A stretch of DNA of 64,000 bases, from positions 35,217 to 99,216 of the forward strand of contig DVNJ01000015.1 of NCBI GenBank assembly GCA_018714485.1. Reading direction: 5' to 3'. Positions within the stretch are counted from its first letter, which is position 1. Every line of letters begins with the position of its first letter. Of the stretch, positions 26,978 to 33,203 are shown piece by piece. The stretch comes from Candidatus Caccalectryoclostridium excrementigallinarum. Lineage in GTDB: Bacteria > Bacillota > Clostridia > Christensenellales > UBA3700. The translations under genes were made by a program, and so were the position numbers. The notes beneath the pieces are model-generated. The model made no database searches. It had not been told where the DNA came from and worked only from the letters and a program-made list of their open reading frames with translations.

Positions 26978-27006
26978 ATTTTATCTTGCCCGACAAACAA
27001 TGTCAA
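26978..27006 (-). promoter_or_regulatory. promoter of the 83-aa ORF
   Basis: Minus-strand TTGACA (27006-27001) - 17 nt - TAAAAT (26983-26978). Confidence 0.6.
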
Positions 27007-27229
27007 TACCCCTCTGCAACACGCCGCGCAAGTAATGTTTGCTCTTTTTCTACCGTAAGCAAGCCCGAACGCTCGGCTTTCAAACTTGTCGAACCTCTTC
27101 GAGACCTCGATCTAATAAGCCAAAACGCTATTTTTCTTGCCACACTTCGCCCCGCCTCTTTTCGATCACACGCCGCTCACATCGATCGACAAGCCTTTTT
27201 CACCGCTTTGAGCGCAGTTGAGCAATGAT

Positions 27230-28470
27230 CGCCACAAAAAGCTCGCAAACGAGCGATATTTCGCCTTTTTATTGCCGCCGGGAATACCGCCCTCATTATT
27301 ACCGCAAGCATTCGCGGCTTTTATAAACACTTTTTAACTTTAAGCGAGCGCTTCTGCATAAAGTGCCTTGCATTCAAAAGCTTTGACCGCAGTTCCGCGC
27401 CTTGCCCTTACACCGCGCACATCACCTCTTAAACACCTTGCTCAATACTCACCGCCACTTAAACGCATTATCACAACCATTATTATGCGCGCCAATATAA
27501 CTTGATCTGTTGCCCCACCCCAAACGCAATCGCCCACCATGTTCTTAAATCGCCCGACAGCCTTTTCGAGCGCAATAGTAAAAGATCTCGCAAAATCGCA
27601 ACAGCCTCTTGCTGCGCGAAAAAGCTCGAAAAGTGTCACGTGAAACATTTTCCGCGAATTAAATCACAAGCACTTCGCCCGTATCTGCCCGCCGACACCG
27701 ACCACGTCAAGGAAATCGACACGAGCGCCGACAGCGCCTCTTTTAATGCTCCCCGATCGTCGGCGCCGTTCACGCCGCCACAAGCAGTCTATTGCGCTTC
27801 ACGCCGTTGCAGGCAATCCCTTGTGCCACAACAACAGCCTCGGGATGCCGCGACCAAAAACCGCCTCGATCTTATCGAAATACGAGTAATTAGAGCAAAG
27901 CGATCAAAACAGCCAACACGGCGCACTCAATAGAAAAAGCGCGACTATAAGCAGCACGCAAGACATATCACCCGAAGTCAAACAAAATCGATAACTGCAC
28001 TATAAACAAACGCTCGTCTCCGCGACTAACGGCGCAAAAAAGCGGTCGAACACTTAAATAACTCAAAAAACCTAAAACCTCTTGCCGCAGGAAACCTCAA
28101 AAGCAAAAACATAAAGCCGCAGCGGCAGGCAACTTCAACAGCGCAAAATCAAAATGACCCGTAAACCGCAAACATAAACGCGCAAAAAGCACGCAAAGCC
28201 ATAAGCACGACGCCGTAACAGCGATAACGAACGATCGGGATCTCGAACAGGAGCGAATATCATAACAACACACAAACCCATAAGCGTAGAGGCACAGGAA
28301 CATGCAAAGCCATAAACATAACGCCACAAAGACAGCGCGATCGAACCGGATCCGCGAACAGATCGATACGGACGAAAGCACCGCCGAACGCCAGACGCGC
28401 ACCACGACCGCCGCAAAGACCGAAAAGCCGCTTTCGGCACGCCCGATCGAAGCCTTTCGCGGCTTGTTTT
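27230..28470. other. T-depleted A+C-rich non-coding block with degenerate ~106-111-bp repeats
   Basis: My hand count for 28141-28440 is 25 T and 66 G out of 300 nt (about 70% A+C). GCAAAGCCATAA..ACGCC..GATCG...GAACAG recurs at 28193 and 28304. All ORFs here translate to low-complexity strings. Confidence 0.7.
27632..27647. promoter_or_regulatory. parS-like site (14/16)
   Basis: AGTGTCACGTGAAACA. Perfect right half-site CACGTGAAACA, two mismatches in the left arm. Confidence 0.45.
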
Positions 28471-28568
28471 TTCGTCGCTTTGAAAATGTTTCCCGTGTAA
28501 CAATTTTTGCTCGATTTTAGAAGTTTTTTGTCGATTTTTCCGTTTTTTGAGAATTTTTGCGTCTTTTT
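28467..28568. other. helically phased T-tract block (predicted intrinsically curved DNA)
   Basis: T5-T6 runs start at 28504, 28515, 28524, 28535, 28543, 28554 and 28564 (spacings 11, 9, 11, 8, 11, 10). My count gives 33 T in the 60 nt 28501-28560. Confidence 0.7.
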
Positions 28569-28652
28569 AATAACTGATAGTTGTCGCAATCGACTTGGAT
28601 TTTCTCGAAATTTTCGCAAAATTACAGGCAATTGTCGGCAATTTATTTTTAT

Positions 28653-28675
28653 TGTTTCACGCGATTTGTGAAACA
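28653..28675. other. split parS-like palindrome
   Basis: TGTTTCAC (28653-28660) - GCGATTT - GTGAAACA (28668-28675). Both 8-bp parS half-sites are perfect but separated by 7 nt. Confidence 0.4.
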
Positions 28676-29176
28676 GTTTTTAGCCGATTTTCTTCTCTTG
28701 TTTTTGCCTTTGCCGTCGCCCCTTGTGCAAAAAGCTCTTTTTACCGCGAAAATATCCTTTTCAACCACGTCGCATCGCTCTGCCCGGGCAAAACGGCAGG
28801 ACCACGCAGCGATCGCGTTCGCGCGATATGCGCATATGCTACGGAGCGGCGCAACATGCTTGCAAAGGCATTCTCCCGCGCTTTCTCGCACACGCGCACA
28901 ACCGCGAAGACACGGAACGCCTTTTCTCTCTTGAGCGCGCTTTTCGAGCAATTTGCGCATATTGCAAGCGGTTTTGCGACGATCCCGTCTTGCCCCGTTC
29001 ACACCAACGCACATTATGCGCGCGTGCGTTACTGCGCACGTTCCGATGCGCCCACCCGCTGCGGAGCAGCCGCATTTGCTTTGCAAAAATGCGTCGAACC
29101 TTTCTCTCTCCAAGGCTCAAAAAGCGCGATCGTCCATCATATTTTGCCAAAAACGACGTTCCCATGTCGTTTTCGA

Positions 29177-29233
29177 CGGCACGGCGTTTTGTCGGTACGG
29201 CGTTTTGTCGGTACGGAGTTTTGTCGGTGCCGG
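29177..29233. repeat. 16-bp tandem repeat x3.5
   Basis: CGGYACGGMGTTTTGT at 29177, 29193 and 29209, with a partial unit from 29225. Confidence 0.85.
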
Positions 29234-29361
29234 AAGACAAGACTCCTTTTTCGCGTATTTTATCGAGAGATCCGGATAGCGATCCGTGCGCGCCGTCTCA
29301 AACGGCTGTTTTTGCCGCTATTTCGGGCTTTGCCGCGCGCATCGTTTCTTCCCCCGTCTGC

Positions 29362-29391
29362 GGGCGTATTTCGAAAAATACGCGCCTTTTT
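29362..29391 (+). terminator. terminator-like hairpin inside the non-coding island
   Basis: GCGTATTT (29364-29371) - CGAA - AAATACGC (29376-29383), extended by GG/CC around a bulge, followed by TTTTT (29387-29391). No upstream gene is assigned. Confidence 0.35.
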
Positions 29392-30054
29392 CGCGCTCTG
29401 AACACGTTCCGAGAAGTTATCGCCGTGACAGCGACACATATCCGAAGACCTTTCTTTCCGCCTTTGCGGCTTTTGACCCAAGGTTTCAAAGCTCGTCCGC
29501 AACTCTACGCGCGCGCGTTGTTCCGCTTGGTTCGCCGCCCCGCAAACCGCCGTCGACCTTTTGACTTTCGCTCCGAGCAAGCAATGCAGACTTCTCGAAC
29601 TTATGTTGCTCCGAGGTTTTTACCGCAACACTCCCTCAAAAACGCCTTCTTGTGGCATTTTTGTCGAAAATTTCTCTTCGCAAAGTCCTCTTGCGTTCAT
29701 GCCTTCCCGCACGCACCGACGCATTATGCGCACGCAAGACCGTCCGCAAAAAGCCCGTCGAGCCGCGATCTTGCGCGAAACTTTTTGTCGACCGCCGCTC
29801 GGGTTTGCGTTTGCGCATTATGCGCGCGCGTATTATGCGATCCCGACCCGACGGCGGCAAAGGTTTTTTATCGTTTTTTCGTATGCTTTCTCGCGCGTAT
29901 ATGCGAGAGTGTTCGCGCTCATGTGTGTAATATTTTTATTATAATATATGTTTGATTGTTTTATGCACTTTTATCTTATACGCGATATTTTCGCTTTTAT
30001 TTAGCATTTTTTCTTCTTTTCTTGCGCCGTTTTCCCGCAATTATCCGCGCGTTT

Positions 30055-31086
30055 TTAGTGCACATAATATACATGTTTTGGCGGCTGACTCTTTTTTATC
30101 TTATTCCCGCGCCCACCGCTCGGATAAGATCGAAGGCATTCGGGTTTTCTTTTCCGCATTACATGTGAGACGCTTTGGCGCTTTGCGTTTTTTCGCCGTT
30201 TCCGTATGCACCTCGGGCGACATCTGTGGGTCAGACCATCGCTCTCAACACGTCTTTTATATCCTCGGCAAAAGAAAGCGTCTTTTTGGCGTTTTCGGGA
30301 CATGGCGCCCGGGTATTGCGCATTTATGCGAACGAGGACCGCGTCTTTATTTTTATACGTCATCGCTTCGAACGGAAAACGAATTATCGTCGGCGTATTG
30401 TATCCCACACCGAGCTCCAAAAGCAGCAGCTTCCTGTCGCGAGCCTCACGGCAGAAAATCTCATATCGGCGTTCCGCCTCATACCACGCCTTGTCTTGCA
30501 CAAAATATGCGTCTTTGCGGATATTAACCTCCATATCTTTGCCGCATACGGGGCATTTTGGAATGAGAGCGGAAGGAATGCGGCAGTCTTTCTGCTCCGC
30601 CGCCATTTTTCGAACGAGATCTTCGTTGTCATACAGTTCGTCATGGCAGCCCTTGGCGCATTGCAGCTTTCCGTAGTCGCCCTGCACGGCAAAGATGCGC
30701 TCTGTCGCAAATCCCGCCTTATAAAACTGCGCGTCCACGTTGGTGGTGACGACAAAAAAGTCCTTATCCTTGACGAGTTCAAAAAGCCTTCGATAGAGCG
30801 GCAATGCGGGCGGCAGCCGGCGGTTCAGCAAAATATGCCGCGACCAATACGCCCATTTTTCTTCCTGCGTCTTGAAGGGATAAAATCCCGCCGAATACAT
30901 ATCCGACATGCCGTATTTTTTGATAAAATCGCCGAAGTTTTCCGTAAAACGCTGCCCGGAATAAGTAAGCCCCGCCGCAGATGAAAGCCCCGAACCGCCA
31001 CCGATGAGCACGCATTCCGCCTCGTCGAGAAGGGAACGCAGCTTATCGATCCTGCCTGAAAAGCTCTCTGTCATATAACGCTTCAT
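30055..31086 (-). CDS. SIR2-family protein, macrodomain-linked SirTM-like; 3' end apparently frameshifted (possible pseudogene)
   Basis: GGGSGLSSAAGL NAD loop, TTNVDAQFYKAGF, zinc-ribbon CAKGC...CPVCG. Likely start ATG 31072-31074. After INAQYP the in-frame tail is 84 aa of Arg/Lys-rich junk, whereas another frame reads PENAKKTLSFAEDIKDVLRAMV and stops at 30231-30233. Confidence 0.75.
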   Translation of the reverse strand: MKRYMTESFSGRIDKLRSLLDEAECVLIGGGSGLSSAAGLTYSGQRFTENFGDFIKKYGMSDMYSAGFYPFKTQEEKWAYWSRHILLNRRLPPALPLYRRLFELVKDKDFFVVTTNVDAQFYKAGFATERIFAVQGDYGKLQCAKGCHDELYDNEDLVRKMAAEQKDCRIPSALIPKCPVCGKDMEVNIRKDAYFVQDKAWYEAERRYEIFCREARDRKLLLLELGVGYNTPTIIRFPFEAMTYKNKDAVLVRINAQYPGAMSRKRQKDAFFCRGYKRRVESDGLTHRCRPRCIRKRRKNAKRQSVSHVMRKRKPECLRSYPSGGRGNKIKKSQPPKHVYYVH

Positions 31087-31810
31087 CCTCCTTCAAAAAC
31101 ACGTTGAAAATAACTTTTAGCGGGTTGCCCGTCTCCGCCTTCCATTGTTTGACCATCTGTACGGCAAGGCGGCAGGCTTCGTCTTTGGGGTAACGGTATT
31201 CGCCCGTGGAAATGCAGCAAAAGGCGAGAGAGGAAAGTTTCATCTCCGCCGCCATATTCAGGCAGGAGAGATAGCAGCTTTTAAGGTCGCGGCGGTTTTG
31301 CTCTGTCACGCCGCCATAGACGATGGGACCTACGATATGGAAAATATAGCGCGAAGGCAGGTTATATGCCTTGGTCACTTTCACCCGACCGTTCGGCTCT
31401 TCGCCGCCGCGCATGATAGCGTTGCAATCGAGGCGCACCTGAACGCCCGCCGCGGAATGTATGACGTTGTCGATACAGTTATGCAGAGGATGAAAGCAGC
31501 CCAGGAGCGCGGAATTGCAGGCATTGACGACGGCGTCCGCATTCAGCCGCGTGATGTCGCCCCGCCATAAGGCAATGCCGTCCCGATAAACAAATCCGTT
31601 TACATCGACTATGCCGCGCTCTTTTGTCCTTTCGGGGAGATACTCGTCCTGCAAGCGCAAAAATTCTTTCGTTGCGGGCATGGGCGGGCGCACATTGCAA
31701 AGCGCCCGGAAAAAATCGGGCTTTTGTTCATACGAAAGGGACGGTACGGCTTCGCCGCGCTCCTCGCAGAGAATTTGTATCAACCTGTCGAGAATTTTAT
31801 TTTGCGTCAT
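31043..31810 (-). CDS. macro-domain protein (ADP-ribose / protein-ADP-ribose hydrolase type)
   Basis: ORF 31043-31855. WRGDITRLNADAVVNACNSALLG...HSAAG...FCCISTGEYRYP macro motifs. Start set to ATG 31808-31810 (MTQNK) after AAAGGAGAG. 3' end overlaps the sirtuin start. Confidence 0.85.
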   Translation of the reverse strand: MTQNKILDRLIQILCEERGEAVPSLSYEQKPDFFRALCNVRPPMPATKEFLRLQDEYLPERTKERGIVDVNGFVYRDGIALWRGDITRLNADAVVNACNSALLGCFHPLHNCIDNVIHSAAGVQVRLDCNAIMRGGEEPNGRVKVTKAYNLPSRYIFHIVGPIVYGGVTEQNRRDLKSCYLSCLNMAAEMKLSSLAFCCISTGEYRYPKDEACRLAVQMVKQWKAETGNPLKVIFNVFLKEDEALYDRELFRQDR

Positions 31811-31896
31811 AAGAGTCTCTCCTTTATGTTCGATATTGCCCGCCAAAGCACGCAAGCGCGATCGAAACGACCGCGCCCACCCGCTATATGCTTATA

Positions 31897-32118
31897 TTAC
31901 TTTCCGATCACGGAAAAGCGCTTCTGAATATTGTTTGCGTTTTCAATCTCGTCGATCATGGCGATGGCGTAGTCGGCATAGCTTATGCGGCTCTCGCCCT
32001 TGGTGTTGACAAAATACTCCTCATCACCGATGAATACGCATTCCGCGGCTTTCAAAAGCGACCGCAGCTTTTCAACTCTTTCTTGTAAGTTATTTTGCTT
32101 GTTGTTCATAGCCTTCAA
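31897..32118 (-). pseudogene. chimeric gene remnant: SirTM-like 5' fragment fused to the 3' end of an NAD(P)H-binding (flavin-reductase/NmrA-like) gene
   Basis: Residues ERVEKLRSLLKAAECVFIG match the neighbouring sirtuin N-terminus GRIDKLRSLLDEAECVLIG (GCGGAATGCGTNNTCATCGGTG nearly identical at nt level). The rest, NTKGESRISYADYAIAMIDEIENANNIQKRFSVIGK, looks like the C-terminus of NAD(P)H-binding reductases. Confidence 0.55.
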
Positions 32119-32161
32119 AAACCGCGAGGCGCGGATCAGACAAGATCTTGCCTCGCTTTGT

Positions 32162-32518
32162 TCAATTGGAAACGACGCCGTCGTTCATGGTGTACCCTTC
32201 CAGTGATCCCGCCTTTACTTGAATACATATATACTTTAACGCCGTTTTTTCAGAAGCAAAGAACTGCCTTTTGGCTTCGGGAGAAATACGCAACCAGTCA
32301 CCTGCCTTTACGCGAATATTTTCGCCGTCTATAACGACAGCGCCTTCACCCTCGACGATCGCATAGATCTCTTCGTTCTGCTTATGAGAATGGACGAAGG
32401 GAACGCACCCTCCTGCCGGCAAAATATTGATGCTGATCTCCGCGCCTGTAAGACCGAGCTTGTCATGCAGTTCGGTGCGTGCTTCTTCCGATGTGCCAAT
32501 TTTGCTGTAATTTTTCAT
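32162..32518 (-). CDS. cupin domain protein
   Basis: ORF 32162-32533. PAGGCVPFVHSHKQNEEIYAIVEGEG cupin motif. Start set to ATG 32516-32518 after GGAGGT. Confidence 0.75.
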   Translation of the reverse strand: MKNYSKIGTSEEARTELHDKLGLTGAEISINILPAGGCVPFVHSHKQNEEIYAIVEGEGAVVIDGENIRVKAGDWLRISPEAKRQFFASEKTALKYICIQVKAGSLEGYTMNDGVVSN

Positions 32519-32710
32519 GATACATACCTCCAAGAAATTTTGATTTGGTAACCTTTGCGATTACGGGCACAGTATAGCAAACGCGGAAAATTTTTTCTCG
32601 GAAGTTACTTTTCTATTATTTGATAATAGATTTGTTGCTTAGTTTCTTTTTTGAACCATTGACTTTTTAAGGCTCTTTTGCTATTATAAAAGAAAAAAGG
32701 AGCGCACTTT

Positions 32711-33037
32711 ATGCTGACAAAAGAAGAATTGCCCGAATGCCCCGTGGCGACGACGGTACAGCTCATCGGCAATAAATGGAAACTGCTTATTTTGCGCAAT
32801 CTCATCTATAACGGAGCGCAGCGATTCACCGATTTTCCCAAGACCATTCCCGGCATCAGCAAAAAGGTGCTGACGGACAATCTGCGCGCGCTGGAGAGCG
32901 ACGGGCTTGTCGAACGCGAAGTATTTGCGGAAGTTCCGCCGCGCGTCGTCTATTCTTTGTCCGACCTCGGCAAAACATTGAAACCTATCCTTGACGCCAT
33001 GTTCGATTGGGGAACGGATTACAAAAACAGATTATAG
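32711..33037 (+). CDS. HxlR-family transcriptional regulator
   Basis: 108 aa. CPVATTVQLIGNKWKLLILRNL...RVVYSLSDLGKTL is the HxlR signature. Divergent from the cupin gene. TTGACT-17-TATTAT promoter upstream. Confidence 0.9.
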   Translation: MLTKEELPECPVATTVQLIGNKWKLLILRNLIYNGAQRFTDFPKTIPGISKKVLTDNLRALESDGLVEREVFAEVPPRVVYSLSDLGKTLKPILDAMFDWGTDYKNRL

Positions 33038-33203
33038 TTATTCAAAGAAGCATACGGGCGGTTTTTTAACGCCTCAACTTTTTTCACGCTGAAATTTTCT
33101 CTCGCGCGAAAGATTTTGCCGAAAAGCACTTCGCGCTTTACTTCCGTGAATTTTTCGTCATAAAAAGAGCGGCTCGCGCCGCCCCTTGTCGCGCTTTTCC
33201 GCG

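Noticed and set aside
23430-29233. Possibility that the repeat arrays (36 bp at 23.5 kb, 53 bp at 26.2 kb, 16 bp at 29.2 kb) are CRISPR arrays.
   Set aside because: The units are contiguous tandem copies with no unique spacers, the repeats are degenerate rather than identical, and no cas genes are present in the window.
27502-29955. Many 100-410-aa ORFs in the non-coding island. Examples: 27502-27933, 28097-28405, 28595-29401, 28723-29955.
   Set aside because: Cys/Arg/Pro/Ser/Phe-dominated sequences with no motifs, mutually overlapping in several frames and strands, and without RBS. They are open only because of skewed base composition.
30055-30230. The C-terminal 84 residues of the sirtuin ORF as a genuine basic extension.
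   Set aside because: Arg/Lys-rich low-complexity sequence running into non-coding DNA, while the +1 frame gives a compact, well-composed C-terminus with its own stop. I interpret this as a frameshift read-through.
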